From NCBI GenBank assembly GCA_028715965.1, contig JAQUQS010000001.1, positions 1,259 to 65,258 on the forward strand: a stretch of 64,000 nt of DNA. Reading direction: 5' to 3'. The position numbers were made by a program, and so were the translations under genes. The stretch's first letter is position 1; every line of letters begins with the position of its first letter. The DNA is from Candidatus Omnitrophota bacterium. GTDB lineage: Bacteria; Omnitrophota; Gorgyraeia; Tantalellales; Tantalellaceae. The notes beneath the pieces are model-generated. The model was given only the letters and a program-made list of their open reading frames with translations. It did no database searches and had not been told where the DNA came from. Below, one piece after another: positions 10,126 to 20,275 of this stretch.

Positions 10126-12717
10126 TTACTCCACTGAATGGATCAGGACCTCGGCAGGATCCTGTCCTGAAAAGATATCTGCGGCGGTCTTAAGGACATC
10201 GTCCCGGGTCACGTCCCTTATCCCCTCCGGATACCGCTTGTAATCGTCATATCCAAGACCATATAACTCGTTAAGCGCCATGGATATGGCAATATCGGAA
10301 TTCCTCTGAAGCGACATGGCCTGTTCCGATATCAGGCGGTCCTTACATGCCTGGATATCCTCATCGCTCATCTCCCCCCGGAGCACTTTATCCTTCACCA
10401 GCGCCAGTATCTCACTGGCCTTATCCAGGAATTTCTCGGAGGTGGCCACATATAACAGGAAATACCCTTTATCAAGGCCAGGAACGGACCTTGCCCCGGA
10501 CGCGTAGGTTATCCCTTCTCCTTCCCGGGCCGCGTTGAAAAGCAGGCCGTTCGAACCGGAAAGCAGGGAACTTATTATGGCCAGGGCGTATCTTCTCTCA
10601 TCATTCATTTTCACTCCCTGGTATCCCATGACCACAAGAGCCTGTTCCTTCTTCATATTGATCTCTTGTTCTTTTGCCCCATCGAGCGACCGTACGTCCC
10701 TGTCCGGGTTCACGGTCCGGCGAGGCTGCCAGGCACCAAAACGCTCCGATAGACCTTTTACGACATCATCGACATTGACGTCACCTACCACACTGATCAC
10801 GGTGTTGTCCGGGACGAACGTATCGTGATAATATCCCGTCAACCGCCCCCTGTCCAACGCCATTACCGTGTCTTCCGTCCCCAGCATGTTCATCCCGTAC
10901 GGGTGTTCCCCATATAGAAGCTCCAGCAACGTGTTCATAGCTCTCTGGTAAACATCTTTTTTCTCTTCCAATAGCTCCGCGAGTATCTTTTTTCTGGATC
11001 TTTCTATCTCGTCCTCGGGGAAAGACGCGTTCCTTATCACATCCTCAACAATATCCATGCCGAAGGCCAGATCATCCTTCATCAGGTTCATGGTGACCCC
11101 AAGGCTGTTCATCCCGCTGAACGCGCCTATGCTGCCTCCTCTACGCTCCAGGGCAGGAGCTATTTCACTCGCGTCCCTGGAGGACGTACCCTTCAAAAGC
11201 ACCGAAGCGACAAAGTTGCATATGCCGTTATCTTCCCGCGTCTCGCTCCTGACGCCTCCCTCGAACGCTACGGCCACGGACACTATGGGAAGCCTTCCCC
11301 GTCTTTTGACCACAATACGCATGCCATTATCCAGCTTGACCATTTTTTCTTCCAACTCGGACGGAGTAACGTTCCTTGCCTGGTCCCCTAGTATCTTTCC
11401 CTCCGGCATCAGTAATATACTTGTGGAGTTATCCTTTTTCAGGTATTTCCAGATCATCCTTTTTACGTCAGAAGCGGTCACCTTCGACACATTCTCCACA
11501 TAACGGTAAAAGAACATCGGGTCCCCGGTAAGCATTTCGGAACTGGTAAGAGAGGAGACCTCTGTCCCGATATCCTCATAAGATCCTATGTAACTCGCTA
11601 TGACCATTTCTTTCGCCTTCGATATCTCTTCTTCTCCCGGGCCATCCTTGGCCAAGTCCCTTATTATGTCAAATATCTCACGTCTGGCTTCCCGAAGACC
11701 ATCAGCGTCACCCGTTGCGCTTATCACGAAAAGCCCGGGATACCGTGGCGTGGAGTTAGAACATGTAGCGCCATACAAAAGTTCTTTCTCATCCACAAGT
11801 TTTTTGTATATGCGGGAATCCTTGCCTTGACCTAATATTATGCTCAAGACATCAGTAGCGTACATATCGGGAGAATATAGGCTCGTGGTATGGAACCCCA
11901 TTACAAGATACCCCATGGTCACCTCGGCGGGGAACTCTCTAATGTTCTCCGACACCTGGGCTGGCTCCTCGGGCATATAGCTTTGCCATCTGGCCGACCT
12001 GGGATAGGCTCCCAGGTAATGTTTAGCCGTATTGAGCGCCTCGTCGTGCCCTACCCCTCCTACTATGCCTACGATCATCCTGTCAGGGCCGTATGCCCCG
12101 GCATGGTACTCACGAACGTCCTCACCGGTCAAAGCCGAAAAAACCTCTTCATATCCGATAACGGGGTATTTGTAAAGACTAGCTCGATAAGCGTTCTCAT
12201 AAAGGAGGTTAGTGCTCCGGCTGAACGGATCGTCCCGGTACATGCGCATCTCTTTGAGAATGACCTCTTTTTCCTTCTTAAGCTCTTCCTCGGAAAATCC
12301 CGGGCTCATCACCATACTGGTCAACAGCTGGAACGCTTTATCGAAATTCTCCCTAGGAACAATGATATGGTACTCGGCCGAATCAAGACCGGTAGACCCG
12401 TTGATCACACCGCCCAGCATCTTGATCTTCTTGTGCAATTCTCCCGGGGTCTCATACCGGCTGCCTTTGAATATAAGATGCTCTAAAAGATGCGATATGC
12501 CGGAACCGGCATATTTCCCCTCATTGGAAAGCCCCGACAACACTCTTATCTGTATGGTCACAAGACCCGAGTCCGGTATGTATGAAGAGATCACTGTCGT
12601 GCCATTATCGAGTACCGACCTTTTATGGTCAGGCCTCACATCCGGGCCGGATGCGGACGAACTTGACGCGAGTGAAAAAACAACGAACAATGTCGCCAGA
12701 GCTCTTATTATGCGCAT
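10126..12717 (-). CDS. secreted tandem M16 (pitrilysin/insulinase) family zinc peptidase
   Basis: Signal peptide MRIIRALATLFVVFSLASSSSASG and an inverted zinc motif HLLEHLIF (HxxEH). At 863 aa it is two M16 units. Confidence 0.85.
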   Translation of the reverse strand: MRIIRALATLFVVFSLASSSSASGPDVRPDHKRSVLDNGTTVISSYIPDSGLVTIQIRVLSGLSNEGKYAGSGISHLLEHLIFKGSRYETPGELHKKIKMLGGVINGSTGLDSAEYHIIVPRENFDKAFQLLTSMVMSPGFSEEELKKEKEVILKEMRMYRDDPFSRSTNLLYENAYRASLYKYPVIGYEEVFSALTGEDVREYHAGAYGPDRMIVGIVGGVGHDEALNTAKHYLGAYPRSARWQSYMPEEPAQVSENIREFPAEVTMGYLVMGFHTTSLYSPDMYATDVLSIILGQGKDSRIYKKLVDEKELLYGATCSNSTPRYPGLFVISATGDADGLREARREIFDIIRDLAKDGPGEEEISKAKEMVIASYIGSYEDIGTEVSSLTSSEMLTGDPMFFYRYVENVSKVTASDVKRMIWKYLKKDNSTSILLMPEGKILGDQARNVTPSELEEKMVKLDNGMRIVVKRRGRLPIVSVAVAFEGGVRSETREDNGICNFVASVLLKGTSSRDASEIAPALERRGGSIGAFSGMNSLGVTMNLMKDDLAFGMDIVEDVIRNASFPEDEIERSRKKILAELLEEKKDVYQRAMNTLLELLYGEHPYGMNMLGTEDTVMALDRGRLTGYYHDTFVPDNTVISVVGDVNVDDVVKGLSERFGAWQPRRTVNPDRDVRSLDGAKEQEINMKKEQALVVMGYQGVKMNDERRYALAIISSLLSGSNGLLFNAAREGEGITYASGARSVPGLDKGYFLLYVATSEKFLDKASEILALVKDKVLRGEMSDEDIQACKDRLISEQAMSLQRNSDIAISMALNELYGLGYDDYKRYPEGIRDVTRDDVLKTAADIFSGQDPAEVLIHSVE

Positions 12718-12767
12718 ATCCCTCCCGATCCAGTAAAGATCACCCGGCGCGCATCGGCCAATACCGG

Positions 12768-15700
12768 TTATGCGCCATTGCCGTTCACCCTCTCCCTTTG
12801 GATCATACTGCTATGATGTGTAAGTTTTATAGCGATATCATCAATTATTGAATAGATACATGGTATCACAATCAGCGTCAATACTGTTGCAAAAACTATA
12901 CCCCAGCATATCGAAAGCGCCATAGGGACCAGGAACGGGTCTTTTCCTCCTATCCCATATGCCACCGTAGAGAGCCCGCCCGCGGTGGTAACGGTCGTCA
13001 ATATTACCGGCCTTATCCTCATTTGCCCGGCTTTTACGATCGAATCATACCTGGACAGCCCGGATTGCCTTAGCTTGTTGATGAAATCCACCAGTACGAT
13101 GGAGTCATTCACCACTATACCGCTCAAGCCCACTACGCCGAGTATGGCCATGAAAGAGAACGGCACACCGTGGACAAGAAAAGCGGCGACCACACCTATC
13201 AGGCCGAACGGTATAGCAAGCATGACTATGGCCGGTTGTACAAGTGATTTAAAGAACGAGGCCAGGATAAGATAGATGATAAGGAACGCGAAAAGGAACG
13301 ACCTCAAGAGAGCCACAAGCGATTCCATGGTCTCTTCCTGCTCCCCGCCGTACTTAACTGAATAACCAAGATACCTGTCCGCAAGCTCCTTGAACTTCTC
13401 CATCAGCATGGCATTTACCTTCATGGACGTAGCCTTGTCGTTATCCACGTTACACGACGCCGTTACGACCCTTTTACCGTCAAGATGATGTACGGTGGTG
13501 GTCCCCGGGACCTCCTCTATGGCCGCTACTTTCTTAAGTGGTATCAGGTTCCCGTATTGGTTCCGTATAAGCACGTTGTCAAACACGTCAAAATCCGCCG
13601 ATTCATCCTCGTCGAACATCACGGTAACATCGGTTTCATTCTCGGCCTTGACCGGCTTTATTTTCGTGGCTATATTCCCACGGAAAACACCCCGGACCGT
13701 GCTGGCGATCTGCCCTACCGAAAGGCCCGCAAGCGCGGCCTTTTCCCTGTCAACCATCACGCGGACCTCCTTCTTCCCGGGTTTATGGTCCCAGGTAACG
13801 TCCGTCGTCCCCTCGATGGCCTTAAGATAGTCCATATACTCGAACGCTATCTTGTCAAGCGTACCGAAATCCTCCCCACGAACCCTGGCTTCGACCGCTT
13901 TACCTACGGGCGGCCCTGTCTGGGGCTTATCGAACCTGAGGGAATCGAACCCTTTTATATCCCTGGTCTTTTCCCGTAATTCCGCTATTATCTCGTCCGC
14001 GGTACGTTTCCTGTCCTGTTCCTGCGTAAGATACACGGTTATCTGTACAAGATTGCTCTCCTGCCCTGAGAACGGGTCATGCCTGTCTTCCTGTATGTTA
14101 CCTACGGTCGTCACGAAGGTGTCCAGCTCTTCCTTGGATATCTCGGATACTATGTCCTCTATGGGCGCGATAAGCTCGTTGGTCCGGTTGACCGGGGTCC
14201 CTATGGGCGCTTCAGCGCGTATAAAGAAGAAATTTATGCCCGCGCTCGGGAAAAGGACGAATTTAAGCACGTTCGTCGCAAGGAACACACTTACCAGGAA
14301 TACCATGCACATACCACCGAAGACCATATACTTCCTTTTTATAGCCCCCTTTACCACCTTGGTGTACCCATTTATAAGGGCCTTGAACCATGGCATATCC
14401 TTGGAAAGATGCATTGGTTTGCCATCTTTGTCATATTTGATCTTGACGAAATCCGCAAGATGACATGGCAGGATTATAAGCGCCTCCCCCAGCGAAGCCA
14501 GGAGCGCTATTATAAGTACCGTGGGTATATTTCGTATGAACTTCCCTATTATGCCTGTCATGAAAAGAAGCGGCGCGAACGAGGCTATTGTCGTGAAAAC
14601 AGCCGCGCACACGGCCCCCTGCACCTCTTCGGCACCCTTTACGGCGGCCTGACGCGACGGCACTCCGTCTTCCATATACCGGTAAACGTTCTCCGCTACG
14701 ATAATACCGTCATCCACCAGCATACCAAGGACTATTATGAGACCGAACATACTTATAAGGTTTATGGTTATCCCCATCATCCCCATTACCATGAAAGTCG
14801 CGAAAAAGGCTATAGGTATACCCAGGACCGCCATGATCGCCACTCTTTTCTCAAGAAAAAGCATCATTATACCGATAACGATGATAAGCGATCCCCATCC
14901 GTTGTTCTTAAGGACGTTAAGCCGCCTCCGGGCGTAAAAAGAGTAATCGTTGACATACGATATCTGCAGGCTGCCGGTATCGGACGCTGCCGCCATTTTA
15001 AGGAACTTATCACATTGCTTTTTTACCTCATCCACCACCTTTATGGCGTCCCCCGACTCTTTCTTCATCACCACAAGGTTTATGGAACGTGTGCCCAGGG
15101 TCTTATTTATGACGTCCTCTTTCTTGAAGCTGTCTTCCACCCTGGCCACATCCCGTATCTTCAGCCAGTTGCCGGAGTCATTAGCCCTTATCACCACATC
15201 TTCCACTTCCCCGGCGGTATTGAATTCGCCGGTAGTCCTGACGCTGTATTCGATGGTCCGGGTATCTATCTCCCCGGCGGGTATACTTATGTTCCTGTCG
15301 GCAAGGGCTTTCTCGATCTCGTCAAGGGACACATAATATTCCCTGAGCTTATCAGGATATACCAGCACTCTCATTTCCCTGTCCCGGTACCCGGCCTTGT
15401 CGACCTTAGCCACACCCTTTATGTCCTCAAGGATATCCTCAAGGGCGTCGGCATACTTCCTTAGTTTGTGTTCGTCCATCTTGCCGGAAAGGGAGACCTC
15501 GATAACGGCATATTGTTTGGTGCTTATTTCCGTGACCACGGGATTCTCCGTAATGTCCCGGGGCAGGTCTTTAGCCCTGTCCACCGCGTTCCGTATGTCC
15601 TGGACCACCTTGTCCTTGTCATCCTCATCAGGTTCTATTTTTATCTGGATAAGGGATATCCCCGCGGCCGAAGAGGAATTCATTTCCTTTATACCATCCA

Positions 15701-15920
15701 CTTCTCTCAGCTCTTTTTCTATCGGGACCGTAACAAGCTTCTCCATGTCCAGGGGGGTCGCACCCGGATAATATGTGACCACGGAGACCATATCAAAATT
15801 AACATTAGGGAATACTTCTTTATTCATGCCCAGAAGCACGATAAGGCCCATTATTATTATGATCACGGACACCAGATTTACGAACAGGGATTGGTTCACG
15901 CTGAACCTGGGAAGACTCAT
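12768..15920 (-). CDS. RND superfamily efflux transporter permease (AcrB-like)
   Basis: 1050 aa with 12-TM architecture and NLISMFGLIIVLGMLVDDGIIVAENVYRY, which corresponds to the AcrB TM4 region. Confidence 0.9.
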   Translation of the reverse strand: MSLPRFSVNQSLFVNLVSVIIIIMGLIVLLGMNKEVFPNVNFDMVSVVTYYPGATPLDMEKLVTVPIEKELREVDGIKEMNSSSAAGISLIQIKIEPDEDDKDKVVQDIRNAVDRAKDLPRDITENPVVTEISTKQYAVIEVSLSGKMDEHKLRKYADALEDILEDIKGVAKVDKAGYRDREMRVLVYPDKLREYYVSLDEIEKALADRNISIPAGEIDTRTIEYSVRTTGEFNTAGEVEDVVIRANDSGNWLKIRDVARVEDSFKKEDVINKTLGTRSINLVVMKKESGDAIKVVDEVKKQCDKFLKMAAASDTGSLQISYVNDYSFYARRRLNVLKNNGWGSLIIVIGIMMLFLEKRVAIMAVLGIPIAFFATFMVMGMMGITINLISMFGLIIVLGMLVDDGIIVAENVYRYMEDGVPSRQAAVKGAEEVQGAVCAAVFTTIASFAPLLFMTGIIGKFIRNIPTVLIIALLASLGEALIILPCHLADFVKIKYDKDGKPMHLSKDMPWFKALINGYTKVVKGAIKRKYMVFGGMCMVFLVSVFLATNVLKFVLFPSAGINFFFIRAEAPIGTPVNRTNELIAPIEDIVSEISKEELDTFVTTVGNIQEDRHDPFSGQESNLVQITVYLTQEQDRKRTADEIIAELREKTRDIKGFDSLRFDKPQTGPPVGKAVEARVRGEDFGTLDKIAFEYMDYLKAIEGTTDVTWDHKPGKKEVRVMVDREKAALAGLSVGQIASTVRGVFRGNIATKIKPVKAENETDVTVMFDEDESADFDVFDNVLIRNQYGNLIPLKKVAAIEEVPGTTTVHHLDGKRVVTASCNVDNDKATSMKVNAMLMEKFKELADRYLGYSVKYGGEQEETMESLVALLRSFLFAFLIIYLILASFFKSLVQPAIVMLAIPFGLIGVVAAFLVHGVPFSFMAILGVVGLSGIVVNDSIVLVDFINKLRQSGLSRYDSIVKAGQMRIRPVILTTVTTAGGLSTVAYGIGGKDPFLVPMALSICWGIVFATVLTLIVIPCIYSIIDDIAIKLTHHSSMIQRERVNGNGA

Positions 15921-17404
15921 ATTAACTCCTTGTATTTATCCAGGATAACGTTCATGGACCTTTCCAGCTCTATTTCCGCCAGGCGTTCACGATAGATCGA
16001 ATCCGCGGCCCTGAGTTCGGCCCCTAAAAGGTCCTGCTGATAATCTATCATCTTCTTCGTGTCGGAACGACCGGACCTGAACCGTTTTTCCTCCTCCATA
16101 AGCTTGTCCGCCTGCAACACCACGGCCCTGGTCAGGAAATCCGTGCCCTCCCGGAACGTTATCATGGTATTAAAAGCGTTAACAACTTCGGTGATTATAC
16201 TTCTCTCCTTGAACTTGAGATCGGTTATCGCCTTCATCTTTTCCTGTTTCGCCTTTTCCGTAAGACTACGTGCCTGGCTGTTCTCCAAAGGCACCCTGAA
16301 TTCGACTCCGGCGACATAATATGTGTTATCAATGACAACTGTCTTACCAAAAGCCTTCTTGAACTTATCACTAACACCGTTCATGGCGAAGCTCATGCTC
16401 AGATCTATCTCCGGCCACGCCCGGTTCCTCTCAATAGCGAGTTCTATGCCTTTCGCGTCCACGTCTTTTCTTTTTTCCTCGTAATCCCGTCTCTTCTCGA
16501 AAGCGGTCTTAAGGCACTCTTCCAATGTCATGCCCATAACACTTTCCCTGAGCTCATCCGAGGGGACTATCCTGGCGTCATCAGCGAAGTTCATCTTGAG
16601 CTTCAACCTCTCCTCGGCGTTCTTATAGCTATTTTCAGCGACCAGCACATCGGCCTGGAAAGCCGTAAGGTTGGCTTCAGAGGCAAGAAGATCGACCTTT
16701 TCCTTAAGCCCTATCTCATGGTTCTTCTTGTCCGACTCGTATAACTGCCTGGCCTTGGCGAGCATGCCGTAATATATGTCCAGAGAACGCTTGGCGAAGA
16801 CAAGTTCAAGATAAGCGTCCTTTATATCCGCTATCGCGGCTTCTACACGGTCCTGCTCCTCCAGAGCGGCCATATCCACGGCTATCCTGGCAAGCGTTAT
16901 GTTGTTCCTGTCTATCATGCCGAACATATTCCTTCCGACAGGCTGCCTGATATCCACTTCCAGCTGGGAGGAATGCGATGGGTTCACATCAACAAAGGCC
17001 GTATTGTTCCACAGCCTGTCGTCCCCAAGCTCTATGCTCACATCCGTACCGGTAGGAAGTCTTTTTCCAAGTCCCAGGTTGTAGGAGTTCCCCTGGGTGT
17101 TATCCGAGGCGAACACCGACAGTTGCTGGCGTTTGTCCTCGGAATATGCCGCGCCTCCATAGAGGAACGTATCAAAGACAGCTTCCGAGTACATAACGCC
17201 GGTCTCGGCGATATAAAGGTCCAGCTTAGCCATACGTATCTCGAAACTGTTCCTTATACCGGACAGGACACAATCTTCCATGGAAAGCGTGACCACTTCC
17301 CTGTCCCCAGCGGGTGAGAACTCTTCCGCAGATACGCGAACAGGTACAAACGCTAGCGCTAGCGCCGTGACAACCATTCTTCCGATGCTGATCCTATAAC
17401 TCAT
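15917..17404 (-). CDS. outer membrane efflux protein (TolC/OMF family)
   Basis: Signal peptide, 495 aa, and a coiled-coil-rich two-repeat OMF pattern. It overlaps the RND start by 4 nt. Confidence 0.85.
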   Translation of the reverse strand: MSYRISIGRMVVTALALAFVPVRVSAEEFSPAGDREVVTLSMEDCVLSGIRNSFEIRMAKLDLYIAETGVMYSEAVFDTFLYGGAAYSEDKRQQLSVFASDNTQGNSYNLGLGKRLPTGTDVSIELGDDRLWNNTAFVDVNPSHSSQLEVDIRQPVGRNMFGMIDRNNITLARIAVDMAALEEQDRVEAAIADIKDAYLELVFAKRSLDIYYGMLAKARQLYESDKKNHEIGLKEKVDLLASEANLTAFQADVLVAENSYKNAEERLKLKMNFADDARIVPSDELRESVMGMTLEECLKTAFEKRRDYEEKRKDVDAKGIELAIERNRAWPEIDLSMSFAMNGVSDKFKKAFGKTVVIDNTYYVAGVEFRVPLENSQARSLTEKAKQEKMKAITDLKFKERSIITEVVNAFNTMITFREGTDFLTRAVVLQADKLMEEEKRFRSGRSDTKKMIDYQQDLLGAELRAADSIYRERLAEIELERSMNVILDKYKELI

Positions 17405-17846
17405 TCTTTATCCTGATCCCTTCATATATCTTCTTTAATATCCTCAGGTACTCTTTTTTTTCGGCGTTGTCCAATATCTCGAACATGCCGGATACGGCGT
17501 TCACACGCGTATTTCCGATAACATCAAGCGCTTTCCTCCCCTTTTCAAGACAGACCACATGCACTATCCTTCTGTCCTCGACGGAACGTTCCCGCTTGAC
17601 GAACCCTTGTTCTATCATCTTATCCACTATGCCGGTCACCGATCCCATGCTCAATTCGAGCACAGTGGCAAGCTCTCCCATATTACACGAGCCTTTTTCC
17701 GCGATCGCCTCAAGTATTATCACCTGGGGGAGCGTGATATTAAGCTTGGAAAGCGCGTGTATCTGGGTCTTAAAAGCCCTCCTTAATATCAAAGGCATAA
17801 GCGTAGTGACCTCTTTAGCGAAACTCAAAGAACCTTCGCTATTCAT
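17394..17846 (-). CDS. MarR-family transcriptional regulator
   Basis: Winged helix-turn-helix LNITLPQVIILEAIAEKGSCNMGELATVLELSMGSVTGIVDKMIEQGFVKRERSVEDRR. It overlaps the OMF gene start. Confidence 0.85.
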   Translation of the reverse strand: MNSEGSLSFAKEVTTLMPLILRRAFKTQIHALSKLNITLPQVIILEAIAEKGSCNMGELATVLELSMGSVTGIVDKMIEQGFVKRERSVEDRRIVHVVCLEKGRKALDVIGNTRVNAVSGMFEILDNAEKKEYLRILKKIYEGIRIKNEL

Positions 17847-17875
17847 GCCGCCTCCTTAAAAACACATCGCCCATT

Positions 17876-17924
17876 GCTTTAGTATCTAAACATTTTACTT
17901 ATTAAAATGTTTAGATACTAAAGC
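17876..17924. promoter_or_regulatory. perfect 22-bp inverted repeat (gctttagtatctaaacatttta / cttat / taaaatgtttagatactaaagc); candidate MarR operator or stem-loop
   Basis: Read directly from the sequence. The arms are perfectly complementary around a 5-nt spacer, 30 nt upstream of the marR ATG and 39 nt downstream of the btuB-like stop. Confidence 0.6.
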
Positions 17925-17962
17925 ATACTCCACGAGCTCGTTCATGTCAACGGGTTTTTCTA

Positions 17963-19987
17963 TCAGAATTCCAATGAAACGCCGAATTCGAAATTACTTT
18001 CGGGAGCCGGATATACCGCGATACTGCCAAGTAAGCCCTTGGTCCCGCTGGAATTATATCTTTCGTTCAGGATGTTCTTCGCGGAGAAGAATATCCTGAT
18101 GGCTTTCCATTCATACGAAACGTTCGCGTCAAGCGTTAGATACTGTTTAAGCTCAGGAGCGCTATTACTCTGATCGTTAGCGGCATACCTGGCCCCGACA
18201 AAATTCATAATAAGATCGGCCGCCAGACCTTTCCAGCGTTTTAGCCCTATCCTGGCGCTCAGCTTATTCTCCGGGACAAGCGGTATGTTCTTATTGTCGA
18301 ACTTACCTCCGTCAAAATACGACCTTTGCAGGGTATACCCCAAGCCTATCTCCACCCTGTCACTGATAACGGTCCCGGCCGAAAGTTCCAGCCCATGGTG
18401 AACGGTGTGGTGATAATTCCGGTTCAAATAATCATCCGGGTCATAATAGATCTCATTCTTATTATCTATGATGTAGTAATCGGCGCTCAACTCGAACGGT
18501 TCGAACGTCCTGTCGGAAATACCGATCTCGTAATTGTTGCCCACCTGCTGTTTTAGGCTGGTGTTCAATGAGGCGGGGACCTTGACGGCATCGAACTCAT
18601 ATGCGGACTGGAAGAACTCGTCCGTGGCCGGGTTCCTGTATGACCTCGCGTAATTGAAATACACACGGGAAGAGTCATTGTACTTATACCCCAGTCCACC
18701 GTCAAAAGCCAGGCCGATAGGGCTTTTCATGTCCTTGGAAGGAACGGGCTGGCCCTGGTCGAATATGTATTTTGTCCATTCGGTCCTTACTCCCCCACTT
18801 ACTATGAAACGCTCCTCCAGTATCAGGTTATCCGACAGGTACACACCGAACATATCCTTGGTAATATCCGCCTTGGACTCCGTGAGGGTCACGTCCCCGC
18901 TGCCAAAACTGTCCAACGCATGGAAATAATCCACGCCTACGATCAACTTGTTCTTCCCCAGCCCCCCCATGAGGATCGTCTCCCACTCGACCTTCGGGGA
19001 CCAGTCAAAAGAATCTATAAAGTGCCTGTTGGTACTCACGCTTCTTGAACGCGCTTTTCGCGACCTATAGGTCAGCGGGCTCGATATGGACACCTCCCCC
19101 CCATCGATCTCATAACGTTTACGAGGATCGAACGTGATAAAATAATCTTCCGTGTCAGCCTTACTATCCGGAAAGTGCGATATCCTCCGGCCATTATTCT
19201 CGATATTCGTGTTATAGAGCGCGCCGGGCTGGCCATACCAGTCACGGTGGTAACTGAACGCGAAATAGGCCTCAATGTCATCGCCAGGGGTAAAGGTAAA
19301 ATTTCCCATAGCGTCGTCAGCCTCGTATCGGTTATTGCTCCTGTACCCTTCCGTGAAGTCGTCCGAGTAACTGACAAAATAGTCCAGTATATCTTCCCCT
19401 CCATAAGCGGAAACATATTCTTTCCTGGCCTGGTAGCTTCCTATTTGCTGGGAAAACGACACGTGATGCCCCTTTCCGCCCTTTTTTGTGATAATGTTAA
19501 TAACGCCCCCCGTGGCGTTGTCGCCATAGAGCACATTCCTGGCTCCCCTTACGATCTCGATCCTATCGATGGAATTCACGTCTATCTGGGACATATCCGC
19601 CCCCGACAGGTCTATCTGGTTTATCCTGCGTCCGTCTATCAGCACAAGATAGTTCACCATGCCGGAATCCCCATATCCACGTATATCTATGGCGCTATTC
19701 TTGGGGTTATCCGCGAACCCTCCTATTATTATGCCCGGCTCACACTTGATGGCCTCCTGAACACTTCTCGCGCCCGAATCCTCTATCTCTTGCGCGGTTA
19801 TCACGCTTACGTTACTGTTCAGGTTGTACGGATATTCCGCGTACCTGGCCGGGGTCACAACAATGGCATCCAGCTCCATTACCTCGCTATCTTGTCCCCC
19901 AGAGCCCTCGGCACTAACTGAGGCGCAAAAAGCCCCAAAAAAAACAACGACCAGCAGCGCTACCACATGGACATTCCATTCCTTCAT
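17963..19987 (-). CDS. btuB: TonB-dependent outer-membrane receptor, probable vitamin B12 transporter (BtuB-like)
   Basis: Signal peptide MKEWNVHVVALLVVVFFGAFCASVSA, TonB box DAIVVTPA, a plug domain and a C-terminal aromatic residue (…LEF). The start is taken at ATG 19987 because a cobalamin riboswitch and terminator occupy 20016-20283. The ORF track's 20113 start would run through the terminator. Confidence 0.8.
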   Translation of the reverse strand: MKEWNVHVVALLVVVFFGAFCASVSAEGSGGQDSEVMELDAIVVTPARYAEYPYNLNSNVSVITAQEIEDSGARSVQEAIKCEPGIIIGGFADNPKNSAIDIRGYGDSGMVNYLVLIDGRRINQIDLSGADMSQIDVNSIDRIEIVRGARNVLYGDNATGGVINIITKKGGKGHHVSFSQQIGSYQARKEYVSAYGGEDILDYFVSYSDDFTEGYRSNNRYEADDAMGNFTFTPGDDIEAYFAFSYHRDWYGQPGALYNTNIENNGRRISHFPDSKADTEDYFITFDPRKRYEIDGGEVSISSPLTYRSRKARSRSVSTNRHFIDSFDWSPKVEWETILMGGLGKNKLIVGVDYFHALDSFGSGDVTLTESKADITKDMFGVYLSDNLILEERFIVSGGVRTEWTKYIFDQGQPVPSKDMKSPIGLAFDGGLGYKYNDSSRVYFNYARSYRNPATDEFFQSAYEFDAVKVPASLNTSLKQQVGNNYEIGISDRTFEPFELSADYYIIDNKNEIYYDPDDYLNRNYHHTVHHGLELSAGTVISDRVEIGLGYTLQRSYFDGGKFDNKNIPLVPENKLSARIGLKRWKGLAADLIMNFVGARYAANDQSNSAPELKQYLTLDANVSYEWKAIRIFFSAKNILNERYNSSGTKGLLGSIAVYPAPESNFEFGVSLEF

Positions 19988-20015
19988 TCTCTTTCCTTTC
20001 TGTGCAAAAAAAAAC

Positions 20016-20057
20016 CTCTTCTTCCGCATAGATAGGAAGAAGAGGTCAACCGTTTTT
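20016..20057 (-). terminator. intrinsic terminator (stem CCTCTTCTTCC / loop / GGAAGAAGAGG followed by a U9 tract); expression platform of the cobalamin riboswitch
   Basis: On the minus strand: cctcttcttcctatctatgcggaagaagagg + ttttttttt. It is followed by the RBS aaaggaaagaga and ATG 19987. Confidence 0.8.
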
Positions 20058-20099
20058 ACCTCATATGTATATGTTCTCTCAAGGCCTGATCCGGACCCG

Positions 20100-20275
20100 G
20101 ACAACTTTAACATACAGGCAGGTCTTCTGGCTTCCGGATCATCCTTCCTGCCCCGCCTTCCCGCTTATGATAAGCAGTGGCTTTCAGTGGGCTGAAGTCC
20201 CCGGTCACAGCGGCGGCACCGCGCCCGATCTTCACGGGCTTCCCTTTCAAGTCGCGATATCACCTGTATGGAATA
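20100..20275 (-). ncRNA. cobalamin (B12) riboswitch aptamer
   Basis: The minus-strand RNA reads …AGGTGATATCGCGACTTGAAAGGGAAGCCCGTGAAGATCGGGCGCGGTGCCGCCGCTGTGACCGGGG…GCCACTGcttatcataagcGGGAAGGC…. This matches the conserved cobalamin core (GGTG, AAGGGAA, GTGAAnATC, GCGGTnCCGCCnCTGTGA) and the B12 box GCCACTG…GGGAAGGC. Confidence 0.8.

Noticed and set aside
14079-15464. 461-aa plus-strand ORF (also 62209..63858 at 549 aa, 26027..27178 at 383 aa, 39920..40999 at 359 aa, 20… others)
   Set aside because: They lie entirely antisense to strongly conserved minus-strand genes (RND, L7/L12-L10-L1, leuC, secY). Their translations are low-complexity, rich in Y, H and R or in S, L and P, and carry no recognisable domain. 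These are typical shadow ORFs.
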